DNA of 64,000 nt. Source: an uncultured Alphaproteobacteria bacterium. Its GTDB lineage: Bacteria > Pseudomonadota > Alphaproteobacteria > Rhizobiales > Xanthobacteraceae. Shown here in pieces: positions 28,494 through 37,872 of the stretch. The notes beneath the pieces are model-generated. The model was not told the origin of the DNA. It searched no databases and was given only the letters and a program-made list of their open reading frames with translations. The DNA lies in the NCBI GenBank assembly GCA_963831135.1, contig CAWHPH010000035.1, forward strand, positions 8,704-72,703, read 5' to 3'. Position numbers and translations under genes: made by a program. Each line of letters starts with the position of its first letter. Position 1 is the first letter of the stretch.

Positions 28494-28512
28494 GTGGTGC
28501 AGTTTTCACCAC
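28494..28512. promoter_or_regulatory. inverted repeat GTGGTG-N7-CACCAC just upstream of the RHH start (candidate operator)
   Basis: Read directly. It lies 11-29 nt upstream of the ATG at 28483 on the minus strand. Confidence 0.4.
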
Positions 28513-28696
28513 GCATATCACGCACGGCGGTATTCGCAGCCGCCTCAACAGAGTTTTCCGCTGCTTAGTGGGCTTCCCGCTGGCCGAACTATCGCAAGCG
28601 CCACGGATGGGCGTGTGCGGGACGTACCCACATCACGGGGCCGCCGCATGACCGACCTTGACTTCTCCCCTCGCGCTTGTACACGTTTTGTTCTAA

Positions 28697-28975
28697 ATGA
28701 CAATAGAAACAATTGGCGAGGCGCTTTCGTTCGGCTGGCGCGTCGTGGCGCGGTGCTTCCGGGGCCGCGAGGATGGCCCTACGTCGCGGTCTAGTCGGGA
28801 GTGCACCTATCGCCGCGAATTGGATTTAGAGACGCTGGTCTGCACGCGCGGCCGGGCGTTTCCGTTGTCGCGGCTCGAAAGCCGATTGCGATGCCCGCGA
28901 TGCGGCAATAGGCGAATGGTGGTGATGTTTGAACCACCGCCACCGACTCGGATGGCGTCACCTTCAAAATTTTGA
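28697..28975 (+). CDS. small zinc-ribbon-like protein
   Basis: 92 aa ending in RLRCPRCGNRRMVVMFEPP. Confidence 0.5.
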   Translation: MTIETIGEALSFGWRVVARCFRGREDGPTSRSSRECTYRRELDLETLVCTRGRAFPLSRLESRLRCPRCGNRRMVVMFEPPPPTRMASPSKF

Positions 28976-28999
28976 AAAGGCGGTGTCGCCACGCGGCCG

Positions 29000-30291
29000 T
29001 CAGGCGGCTCGTTTCTTTTTCTCGGGGACTTGACCATGCAGGTAGGCCATCATCGTCTCGCTGATCCGGTGCTGCGCCTCAACGATCACGTCGCCGTTCT
29101 TCATCACCCAACGGATGATATACCTTTGCGACACGTTCTCGAACGCATGGCCCATGAGAAACTTCGACACGTCCGGGTCGATCCCGATACCGGCCGCCGT
29201 CGTCTTGAACGTCCTTCTCAACGCCATGCCGGTCGCAGGAAGATCGTCACGGCTCGCTTGAGTGCAGCCCGGCCAGATAAACGCATCATCGTGGCCGCGC
29301 TCGCCAACGAGCTTGATCGCGTCTCTGATCGCCGGGGTGAGCGGTACGGTGACGGTGTTCTTCATCTTCAGGTCGCCACCGCCAATTGTCAGTTCATCGT
29401 CGGTCAAGTCGCCCAACGAGTCCGCGCAAGCTCGCCCGGCCGGGCACCGACCAGCATGTTGACCAAGTGGAACGACTGCCGCACCGGCCGAAGCGCCTTC
29501 CACTTCTCATTCCAGCCGTGGAAGTCCGCCGGAGCCATACCTTTCTTCTCGCGCGCCTCAATGGCGAAGTCCACCGCAGCGGTCGGCAGGTTCACTTTCG
29601 ATAGTTTCAGGTCGCGGCGGGTGCGCTTCTTATACAGCGCGCGGACGATCCTCGCCGCATGGTTGCCGCTGACCGGCCCATGCTTCTTGACCATCAACGC
29701 GTGCCAGTCGGCGAAGGCGTCGGGCCGCTCGCTCATTTCGACGAGGGTCCAGTTCTTCCATTGCGGCAGGATGATTTGATTGCCCAAATGGCGGACGTTC
29801 TTGGCCCAACGCGCGGGCTTGCCACGCTTGGCGGCGAGTTGTTCGAGGTGCAGCAAATAGTCCTCGAACGCCTCGCCGAGCTTCACGCTGTCGCGTTTGC
29901 CTACGGGCAAAGTGCCAGTGATGGCCTTGGCGGCTTCGACTCGCGCCTTGTCACGCGCGGCGGCAACGTCAACGTGATCGTCGGCCCGCTGCAACGTCGG
30001 CTGCGGGCCGATGTATTCTCCGACCCGAGTGACGACAGGACCCGTGTCACGGCCGCCTACAACGGCGCTGGCGCGTCGGCCGCGATCATAGTGGCCCAAC
30101 GGCACGCAGGTGTAGATGCGCTTACCGTGGTCGCTGCGCTCGTTATAGAACTGCCATTGATGACGGACCTTGCCGAGCCGCAATTGCAGCCCTTTGATTT
30201 GACTGTCGCGCAGCAGCATCGGCTTGCCTTCGGCGAAGTCGATCAGGGCATCAACAAAGCCGTCGTGCAGGTCGGCGGTTCTCTTCTCCAT
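29000..30291 (-). pseudogene. tyrosine integrase with one frame break near 29400-29420
   Basis: ORF 29404..30291 (N-terminal/SAM-like part ...LVGARPGELARTRWA) and ORF 29000..29503 (...MALRRTFKTTAAGIGI...LMGHAFENVSQRYI) lie in different frames. Confidence 0.8.
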
Positions 30292-30411
30292 GACGCTTTA
30301 CCCGTAAATTACCCGGAGCGACGGATCGTCGTCCGACCTTTGTTCACGGGGAGAAATGCGCGCCGACTATAGGTTTTTCAAGCAAATCTGGGTTTCAGGG
30401 TTAATGGAATT

Positions 30412-30453
30412 AGCTTGGGAAGCTGATGTTCTACCACTGAACTACGCCCGCAT
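30412..30453. repeat. att direct repeat copy 2 (orphan 5' half of tRNA-Gly)
   Basis: Identical 42-mer. The flanks differ on both sides. It lies 121 nt upstream of the minus-strand integrase start. Confidence 0.9.
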
Positions 30454-30641
30454 GCGCCGAGCATAGCGAAGCCAAGCAGCGCAGAGCAAGGTCGTCGGAT
30501 CGGCCGGCTGAAGGCGCAACGCCCATCCGCTGCCGACGCGAAATCGACGGAGACTGGACATAAAGTCCGAATCCCGCGAGCGAACGCCGCGATAGGAAGG
30601 ATAGCCTGCTGTCGTACTCATCGTTGAGCCGGGAGCAAGCG

Positions 30642-31154
30642 ATGCCGAGCCGTGTCGCCACCAACACTGCCGCCACCAACACTGCCGCCAGCAAGACTTA
30701 CGGGACCGTCCCTGCCGATCGGCAGAAGGAGATGAGCGGCCTGGAGTTTGTCCAAGGCCTCGCCGAGGGAACGCTGCCACTGAACACGATCGCTCGGACG
30801 CTGGGCTATGACGTGGCCGAGGCGGCGAATGGCCGTGTCGTCGTCACCGCCGAACCGAATGACACCCACCTCAATCCGGCCGGCACCGTGCATGGCGGCC
30901 TGGCGGCGACATTGCTCGATAGCTGCATGGGACTGGCCATTCTGTCGACTCTGGAGAAAGGCGTCGGCCAGACGACGCTCGAATTCAAGATTTCACTCGT
31001 GCGGCCGATCACGCCGCAGACCGGCCTGATCACGGCAGAAGGCGTCGTGCTGAGCCGGGGCCGCCGCGTCGGCACCGCCCAAGGCCGGATCACCGACGGC
31101 AACGGGCGCTTGCTCGCGCATGGCACGACGACATGCCTGATTTTCCAGGCATGA
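30642..31154 (+). CDS. PaaI-family hotdog thioesterase
   Basis: NPAGTVHGGLAATLLDSCMGLA motif. Start is ATG 30642 or TTG 30624. Confidence 0.8.
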   Translation: MPSRVATNTAATNTAASKTYGTVPADRQKEMSGLEFVQGLAEGTLPLNTIARTLGYDVAEAANGRVVVTAEPNDTHLNPAGTVHGGLAATLLDSCMGLAILSTLEKGVGQTTLEFKISLVRPITPQTGLITAEGVVLSRGRRVGTAQGRITDGNGRLLAHGTTTCLIFQA

Positions 31155-31174
31155 CGTGAAGTCGGCGTCAAAAA

Positions 31175-32140
31175 TCAAGCTGCGAGAAAGCGTCCGACCT
31201 GATCGCAAAAGAAATCCGGCGACTCTTCAGCAACGAAATGGCCGCTGTCTTCCGCGATCACGGCGGTGAGGTTACGAGCCTGTTGCCGCAGCCCGTCCGC
31301 TAGCTTCGTCCCGACGCCATGGCGCCCTGCGATCGCCAGGATGGGCATGTCGAGCGTTCGCCCCTCAAACGAGGCCGCCAACACGGCGTCATCCCGGAGC
31401 GCGCGATAATAGTTGAATCCCGCCGTCATGCCGCCGGGTGTCGCATAATGTCTGGCGAACTCCGTGATTGCCGCTTCGGACACGGCGCCCTTATTGTAGG
31501 ACCATGCGCGGATCTGGGCGGCAATATAGTCCCGCTCCCGCCCCTTGGTCAGCATTTCAGGGATTTCCGGGGCCATGTGAAATCCATAATGCCACGCACC
31601 GCCCCGCAAGGCGTCCATGTTCTCCGTGCCTGGGATGAGGCAGTCCACCATCACGAGCTTCTCGACGCAATCGGGATGCAGGTGGGCGAGCATGTAGGCA
31701 GCTTTGCCGCCCATGTCGTGCGCGACAATATGGGCTCGGCCTCCGGCAACATGGCCGGCCAAAGCGCGGATGTCGGCAGCGATCGTGCGCTTGTCGTAGC
31801 CAGTGGGCGTTCTCTCAGATAATCCCGTGCCTCTGAGATCAGGAGCAATGACGGTGAAGCGCGGAGAGAGCCGCTCCATTGTCTCCCGCCAGGCGAACCA
31901 GGTCTGCGGCCAGCCGTGAAGGAAGATCACCGCGGGTCCGGACCCCGCGCTGACGTAATGCAATCGTATGCCGTTGATCTGTGCGAACCGGCTGGCTCCG
32001 CCCTTCGGAAGCGAAGCGGGGACGGCCGTCTCTGCGATGGGCGATTGGGCGAGCGCAGGCGAGACAATTGTCGCCGCCAGTGCCGATCCCATGGCGGCAT
32101 GCGATGCTGCAATGATAAATTGTCGACGCCCGGTTCTCAT
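31175..32140 (-). CDS. alpha/beta hydrolase with twin-arginine signal
   Basis: MRTGRRQFIIAASHAAMGSALA signal. HGWPQTW and VAHDMGG nucleophile elbow. Confidence 0.8.
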   Translation of the reverse strand: MRTGRRQFIIAASHAAMGSALAATIVSPALAQSPIAETAVPASLPKGGASRFAQINGIRLHYVSAGSGPAVIFLHGWPQTWFAWRETMERLSPRFTVIAPDLRGTGLSERTPTGYDKRTIAADIRALAGHVAGGRAHIVAHDMGGKAAYMLAHLHPDCVEKLVMVDCLIPGTENMDALRGGAWHYGFHMAPEIPEMLTKGRERDYIAAQIRAWSYNKGAVSEAAITEFARHYATPGGMTAGFNYYRALRDDAVLAASFEGRTLDMPILAIAGRHGVGTKLADGLRQQARNLTAVIAEDSGHFVAEESPDFFCDQVGRFLAA

Positions 32141-32241
32141 TGTCTCTCGCTGTGTGAGTGTGACCGGGCGCGAGGGTTGCCGATCCGGGTCGATCGGTCT
32201 ATCCGTTATGCCGTCACGGCTTCTATAACCTGCGGTTATGA

Positions 32242-33267
32242 ATGAATCTCGCATCCGCCCTCCGCGCATTTATTCGCGTCGTCGAACGGGGATCGATGAC
32301 GGCGGCGGCATCCGATCTTGGCATTTCTCAGCCCGCGGTCAGCAAGCTCCTGCGAAACTTGGAGGCTCATACGGGCGCCAGACTTATCGAAAGAAGCTCG
32401 CGCGCCATGCGCCCGACCAGCCAGGGGCTGGTTCTCTATAAGGCATCGGGGGGCGCGCTATCGGCTATCGATGCCGCGATCGAAGCCGTCCGGAGCGATG
32501 CCGGCGCCATCAACGGAAGTTTGCGCCTGCATGGCCCGGCCTGTGTCGGCGAACGCCATTTGCACCGCATCGTCATGAATTTCCAGGACCAGCATCCGGC
32601 CGTTACCGTGGACCTCATCCTGGAGAACCAATCGATCGATCTCATCCATGAGAATGTCGATCTCGCCATCAGAATGGGGCGGCCGACGGATCAAAATGTG
32701 ATTACGCGCAGAATTGGATTTAGCAGAAGATTCCTTGTGGCGTCGCCTGACTATCTTGCACGCCGCGGGCCCGTTCGCAGTCGTAACGATATCAATAATC
32801 ACGATCTTATCGTCACCAACGCCTCGCTATCCCGCGGTGGTCTCCTCGGTCTTTTCAAGGGGAATGCAACGACGGCAGTCGCCGTCCGGCCAAAGCTGAC
32901 GACCAACAATGCGCAGGTTCTCGTCGACGCATTGACAGCGGGCCGAGGGATCGGCACCGCGCAAGTTCTGCTGGTCGCCGAGGAGCTGAGACAGGGCCAA
33001 TTGGTCAGAGTGCTTCCGCAATACGAGCTCAAGCCGACCGAGCTCTTTCTCGCCTATCCATCGTCAAAATTCGTGCGTCCCGCCATTCGCGCCTTTATTG
33101 ACTTCGCCGTTCCGGCCTTGCGCAGGATCGAAGGAATTGTCCAAGGCCATGCATCCGCGGATACGGGCGGCGCGGCTCTTGATGTTTTCAAACGGGAGCC
33201 TCGGCGGGCCATGCGCCGGATGGCACGTCAAAGCGGCCGGCGGTCGCTCTCGCGCAGCGGATTGTGA
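32242..33267 (+). CDS. LysR-family transcriptional regulator
   Basis: FIRVVERGSMTAAASDLGISQPAVSKLLRNLE. Divergent from the hydrolase gene. Confidence 0.9.
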   Translation: MNLASALRAFIRVVERGSMTAAASDLGISQPAVSKLLRNLEAHTGARLIERSSRAMRPTSQGLVLYKASGGALSAIDAAIEAVRSDAGAINGSLRLHGPACVGERHLHRIVMNFQDQHPAVTVDLILENQSIDLIHENVDLAIRMGRPTDQNVITRRIGFSRRFLVASPDYLARRGPVRSRNDINNHDLIVTNASLSRGGLLGLFKGNATTAVAVRPKLTTNNAQVLVDALTAGRGIGTAQVLLVAEELRQGQLVRVLPQYELKPTELFLAYPSSKFVRPAIRAFIDFAVPALRRIEGIVQGHASADTGGAALDVFKREPRRAMRRMARQSGRRSLSRSGL

Positions 33268-33356
33268 CGCCGCAACAGGTTCAACGAAACGCCTCGACGT
33301 AGCCAATCGCGGCGACAAGCTGCGCAGGGCCGCCTCGATCGCGGTATTGAGCGCGC

Positions 33357-33746
33357 TTACTCCCGCCCGAACTGCTTGCGCAGCTCGATCTTGGCTTGCT
33401 CCAACGTCCGCCGCCGGCTTGCCGGCAGGTTCTTGCCGGCGCGATTGATGTAGAAGACCAGCATCGACAGCGCCGAGCGGTAGGGCGCGGCCTTGCGCCG
33501 GCGGCTTCTTTCCGCCGAGCGTTTGAGCGAAGCGGCGATGCGCTTGGGGTCATTCAAGGTAAAGACGCCGCCTTGCAGGTCGAGCGCGTTGCTTTCGCGG
33601 GTGACGCGGCCGGACCAGTAAAGGGTCGCCTTGCGGCGCGGGGTCTTCGCGCGCGCTGTACTGTGGCGGCGCGCTTTCGCACTGGCGGTTTTTCTGCCGG
33701 CCGCATGGGGCCGCGCGGTCGTTTTGCGGCTTGCGGTTCGGGCCAT
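33357..33746 (-). CDS. DUF3175 domain-containing protein
   Basis: WSGRVTRESNALDLQGGVFT...SALSMLVFYINRAGKNL. Confidence 0.7.
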   Translation of the reverse strand: MARTASRKTTARPHAAGRKTASAKARRHSTARAKTPRRKATLYWSGRVTRESNALDLQGGVFTLNDPKRIAASLKRSAERSRRRKAAPYRSALSMLVFYINRAGKNLPASRRRTLEQAKIELRKQFGRE

Positions 33747-33825
33747 GGCGTCCTCCTGCGTTCTCTAAGTCTACAGTCTCAAAGAACATCGGCGGCGATT
33801 GTTCCGTGCGAATGCGACTTGCGCT

Positions 33826-34995
33826 TCAGCTCGCCTTCTCCAGGCTCGACGTCGCAACAGTGCCGTCGGAATCGAACACCGCGACGCCCATCATCGGGTC
33901 GATCGGTATTTCCCAGGGCTTGTGCTTCAAGGTGCGCAAAGTGTCGGCATAGCCGGCCTGCCAGCGCCGGTCGACGCCTTCGGGGGTGAAATCGATGTCG
34001 CGCAAATAGTCTTCGTTCTCGAGCGGAGCGGCGTTGAGCCGGATGATATGCATGAGCGTGCCGCAGCCATAGCCGGCGATCTCCTTGACCGCCGGCGTCT
34101 CGCGCTGGGCTTCCGGCATCATGCGCACCAATTCGCGCACCATGTGGCGGAGCTGATGGATGTGTTCCTGACGCGGGATGTGACTGTCGGCGCGGCTGGC
34201 GAACTGGATGTCCTTCTGCCGGCTCAAGACCTGCCAGACCGATTCCGGCTCCGGCCCGGCGATGGGAAATATCTGCACCGAGAACACGACCGAATCGCGC
34301 CGCGGATTGTCGTCGAACACCACCTCGACCGGGGTGTTCGAGTAGAGGGCGCCGTCCCAGTAAGGGTCGCCGTCGATGCGCACGGCGGGGAAGCCGGGCG
34401 GCACCGCGCAAGAGGCGAGCACATGATCGACGGTGATGGGCACGCTGCGGCTGTCGAAATAATGCATCTTCCCGGTGCGCACATTGACCGCGCCGACGGT
34501 CAGCCGCGGCTGCTTGGCGTTCAGTCGTTCGAAGTCGACGACATTGGCAATGGTCTTGCGCAGCTCGTCGATCGTGTAGAAGGCGGCGTGTTCGACCCCG
34601 ACCAGCGCGTTGAGGCCCCAGGCGATGGCGCTGTTGGGCGCGAAATATCCGGGAATGCCGCCCAAGATGGTCATCCAATAGGCGGCGGCATGGCCGGCCA
34701 GCCGGCCGAAGGGCGTATCGCCCCACACCGGCTTGCGTTCGATCCGCTGCCAGAATTCGCGCAAACGATCGAGCCGTACGGCGACATCGTTGCCGGCGAT
34801 GATCGCGGCATTGACGGCGCCGATCGAGGTGCCGATCACCCAATCCGGCTCGATGCCGGCTTCGTGCAGCGCCTGATAGACGCCGCCCTGATAGGCACCC
34901 AAGGCGCCGCCGCCTTGAAAGACGAGCACCACCTGGCCCGGCAATTCGGGCGGCTCCGCCACCTTTTGCGCGGATTGATGAATGACATAATCCAT
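33826..34995 (-). CDS. patatin-like phospholipase family protein
   Basis: VFQGGGALGAYQGGV and GTSIGAVNAA (GxSxG) motifs. Confidence 0.85.
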   Translation of the reverse strand: MDYVIHQSAQKVAEPPELPGQVVLVFQGGGALGAYQGGVYQALHEAGIEPDWVIGTSIGAVNAAIIAGNDVAVRLDRLREFWQRIERKPVWGDTPFGRLAGHAAAYWMTILGGIPGYFAPNSAIAWGLNALVGVEHAAFYTIDELRKTIANVVDFERLNAKQPRLTVGAVNVRTGKMHYFDSRSVPITVDHVLASCAVPPGFPAVRIDGDPYWDGALYSNTPVEVVFDDNPRRDSVVFSVQIFPIAGPEPESVWQVLSRQKDIQFASRADSHIPRQEHIHQLRHMVRELVRMMPEAQRETPAVKEIAGYGCGTLMHIIRLNAAPLENEDYLRDIDFTPEGVDRRWQAGYADTLRTLKHKPWEIPIDPMMGVAVFDSDGTVATSSLEKAS

Positions 34996-35167
34996 GAGCG
35001 CCTCCCCGCCCGGTTCAACGGGCGGCTTTTAATGCTGCAATTCCTACAATTTGTGTCGTCCCCCGGCGCGGGGCAACGCTTTTGCGGCACGATTGATCGG
35101 CATTGCTTTTTCTCGACTTTTTGCCGCGATCCCGCTAAGCGGGCCGCGCAACCGGACCCGCACACGA

Positions 35168-36079
35168 ATGGAACACAGCCTGCCACGATCAGCCGACCGC
35201 CGCGCTCCGCCGCGCGGGCTCTGGTGGCTTGGCGTCTGCGCTTTGTTTGCGCTGGCGTTCGCCGCGGGCGACCGGCCCGCCGCCGCCGCGTCCGAGAATG
35301 CCGCCGCAAGCCGCGCGGTGGTGCTGCCTGGATTTTGGGACCCGCGGCGGCGCCCGGAACGGCCGGATCTGTCGCGCATCCAGGCCATTCGTTTTCTCAC
35401 CGACGTGGATTATCCGCCGTTCGACTATACCGGGCCGGCCGGCAATCCGGCCGGCTTCAATGTCGATCTGGCGCGGCTCATCTGCGAGGAAATCAAGATC
35501 AGCCGCACGGTCCAGGCGCGCCCCTTCGCCACGTTGCTCGATGCGCTCAATGACAATCGCGGCGACGCGGTGATCGCTTCCATCGCGCCCACGGCGGAAA
35601 CGCGCCCTCGGGCCGATTTCACCGATCCCTATTACCGGACGCCGGCGCGCTTCGTGGCGCGGATCGATTCCTCGATCAGCGACGTGCTGCCGGAACGGCT
35701 CGAAGGCAAGAAAATCGCCGTCATTGCCGGCACCGCGCACGAAGCCTACCTGAAGGCCATGTTCACCGAGGCGGTGGTGCGGACCTATCCCAACGCCGAG
35801 GCGGCGCGCGAGGCGTTGCGCAACAAGGATGTCGACCTTCTGTTCGGCGACGGCATCGCGCTCGCTTTCTGGCTCAACGGCGCGGATTCGGCCGGCTGCT
35901 GCGCGTTCCGCGGCGGGCCGTTTCTGGAAAGCCGGTTTTTTGGCGAAGGCGTCGGTATTGCGGTCAAGCGCGACAACGACCTGCTGCGGCTTGCGCTCAA
36001 TTGGGCGCTGTTTCAGCTCTGGGAAAAGGGAAGCTTCACCGATCTGTGGCTGCGCTATTTCCCCATCAGCCCGTTTTAG
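35168..36079 (+). CDS. periplasmic solute-binding protein (family 3 type)
   Basis: Signal-like N-terminus. DVDYPPFDY...GFNVDLARLICEE. Confidence 0.75.
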   Translation: MEHSLPRSADRRAPPRGLWWLGVCALFALAFAAGDRPAAAASENAAASRAVVLPGFWDPRRRPERPDLSRIQAIRFLTDVDYPPFDYTGPAGNPAGFNVDLARLICEEIKISRTVQARPFATLLDALNDNRGDAVIASIAPTAETRPRADFTDPYYRTPARFVARIDSSISDVLPERLEGKKIAVIAGTAHEAYLKAMFTEAVVRTYPNAEAAREALRNKDVDLLFGDGIALAFWLNGADSAGCCAFRGGPFLESRFFGEGVGIAVKRDNDLLRLALNWALFQLWEKGSFTDLWLRYFPISPF

Positions 36080-36164
36080 CTCCAAGGTTTCGACAAAACG
36101 TGCTTCAACAAAAGGGCTGCAACAAAACGCGCTTTGACGAAACGGCGACGTTCGACACGATAAC

Positions 36165-37802
36165 ATGACGGCTGTGACGATGGATGATGTATCAAATCTG
36201 CGGACGCTCGCGGAGCAGTCGCATGCCTGGCCGTTCGAGGAAGCGCGCAAGATCGTCGCGCGGCTGAACAAGCGCCCGAAGGACGAAGTTATTTTCGAGA
36301 CCGGCTACGGCCCCTCCGGCCTGCCGCATATCGGAACGTTTGGCGAAGTGGCGCGCACGACGATGGTGCGCCACGCCTTCCGCGTGCTCACCGACGACAA
36401 GATCAAGACGCGCCTGATCGCCTTCTCCGACGACATGGACGGTCTGCGCAAGGTTCCCGACAACATCCCGAACAAGGAGATGGTGGCGCACCATCTCAAC
36501 AAGCCGCTGACCAAAGTGCCGGATCCGTTCGGCACGCATGCGAGCTTCGCCGACCATAACAATGCGCGGCTGCGCGCCTTCCTCGATCAGTTCGGTTTCG
36601 AGTACGAGTTCATGTCCTCGACCGCTTGCTACACATCGGGACGTTTTGACGATGCGCTCCTCAAGGTGCTGCAGCATTTCGAGGCGGTGATGGCGATCAT
36701 GCTGCCGTCGCTGCGCGAGGAGCGCGCGCTTTCCTATTCGCCGTTCCTGCCGATCTCCGAGCGCACCGGCGCGGTGCTGCAGGTGCCGGTCGTCGCCCAT
36801 GACGCCAAAGCCGGCACGATCACCTATGAGGATCCGGAAACGGCCGAGCGCGTGACGACGCTCGTCACCGGCGGCCGCTGCAAATTGCAGTGGAAGCCGG
36901 ATTGGGCGATGCGTTGGGTCGCGCTCGGCGTCGATTATGAAATGGCCGGCAAGGATCTGATCGATTCGGTGAAGCTCTCGGGCGAGATCTGCCGCGCGCT
37001 CGGCGGCGCGCCGCCGGACGGCTTCAACTACGAGCTCTTTCTCGACGAGAACGGTCAGAAAATCTCCAAGTCGAAAGGCAACGGCCTCACCATCGACGAG
37101 TGGCTGCGCTATGCGAACCCCGAGAGCTTGTCGTTGTTCATGTATCGCGAGCCGAAGGCGGCGAAGCGGCTCTATTTCGATGTGATCCCGCGTCACGTCG
37201 ACGAATATTATCAATACTTGGAAGCCTACGGGCGGCAGGCGCCGCGCGAGCGGCTAAGCAATCCGGTCTGGCACATTCACTCCGGCGCGCCGCCGAAGGC
37301 CGACAATCCGGTGCCATTCGCCATGCTGCTGTCGCTCGTGACCGCCTCGAATGCGGAGAATGCCGACACGCTCTGGGGCTTCATCGGCCGCTACCGGCCG
37401 GGCGTCACCCGCGAGACTCATCCGCATCTCGCCAAGCTCGTCGATTACGCCATCCACTATTTCCGCGATTTCGTGCAGCCGGCGAAGAAATTCCGCGAGC
37501 CGAGCGATGCCGAGCGCGCGGCTTTGATCGACTTGCGCGATGCGTTGTCGCAATTGCCGGCGGATGCGGACGCGCAAGTTATTCAAGATGTCGTCTATGA
37601 GGTGGGCCGGCGCGAGCCCTTCCTCGATCACAAGAAGAAAGCCAAGGACGGCAAGCCGGGTGTCGCGCTCGACTGGTTCAACATGCTCTATCAGGTGCTG
37701 CTCGGGCAGGAGAAAGGCCCGCGCTTTGGCTCCTTCGCAGCCGCCTACGGCATCGGGAACACCATCGACGTGATCGACGGCGCGCTGGCGCGCTCGGCGT
37801 GA
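36165..37802 (+). CDS. lysK: lysine--tRNA ligase, class I
   Basis: 545 aa. [12 protein letters not shown] (HIGH-like) and KISKSKGNG (KMSKS-like). Confidence 0.9.
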   Translation: MTAVTMDDVSNLRTLAEQSHAWPFEEARKIVARLNKRPKDEVIFETGYGPSGLPHIGTFGEVARTTMVRHAFRVLTDDKIKTRLIAFSDDMDGLRKVPDNIPNKEMVAHHLNKPLTKVPDPFGTHASFADHNNARLRAFLDQFGFEYEFMSSTACYTSGRFDDALLKVLQHFEAVMAIMLPSLREERALSYSPFLPISERTGAVLQVPVVAHDAKAGTITYEDPETAERVTTLVTGGRCKLQWKPDWAMRWVALGVDYEMAGKDLIDSVKLSGEICRALGGAPPDGFNYELFLDENGQKISKSKGNGLTIDEWLRYANPESLSLFMYREPKAAKRLYFDVIPRHVDEYYQYLEAYGRQAPRERLSNPVWHIHSGAPPKADNPVPFAMLLSLVTASNAENADTLWGFIGRYRPGVTRETHPHLAKLVDYAIHYFRDFVQPAKKFREPSDAERAALIDLRDALSQLPADADAQVIQDVVYEVGRREPFLDHKKKAKDGKPGVALDWFNMLYQVLLGQEKGPRFGSFAAAYGIGNTIDVIDGALARSA

Positions 37803-37872
37803 CGATTTACCCACCCGCCAACAGCGGAGGGGCCGCAATGGTGCATTGAGCGTGCGCAGCGCATCTCTGACG

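Larger units (their letters stand above)
12692..30411. mobile_element. 17.7-kb integrative phage-like element without recognisable virion genes
   Basis: Bounded by the 42-bp direct repeats. Carries an integrase at one end, an Xis-like HTH at the other, an SF3 helicase-like protein, DUF3631 and an RM-like operon. No capsid, portal, tail or lysis proteins were recognised. Confidence 0.8.

Noticed and set aside
12692-30411. Complete, inducible prophage
   Set aside because: No terminase large subunit, portal, capsid, tail or lysis genes were recognised, and the integrase is frame-broken.
33826-34995. Patatin-like phospholipase as a CBASS-type defence effector
   Set aside because: There is no cyclase/CD-NTase or other signalling gene nearby. 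It is embedded in core-like genes (DUF3175, solute-binding protein, lysK).
33799-35553. 584-aa plus-strand ORF, and similar long ORFs at 39494-41008(-), 44642-45892(+), 53274-54611(-), 54612-55751(-), 36192-37214(-) and 56630-58846(+)
   Set aside because: These are antisense or off-frame shadows of well-supported genes (patatin, pyrD, phaA, maeB, lysK, ABC permease/cobS) in GC-rich DNA. Their compositions are Arg/Gly/Ala-rich and no motifs were recognised.
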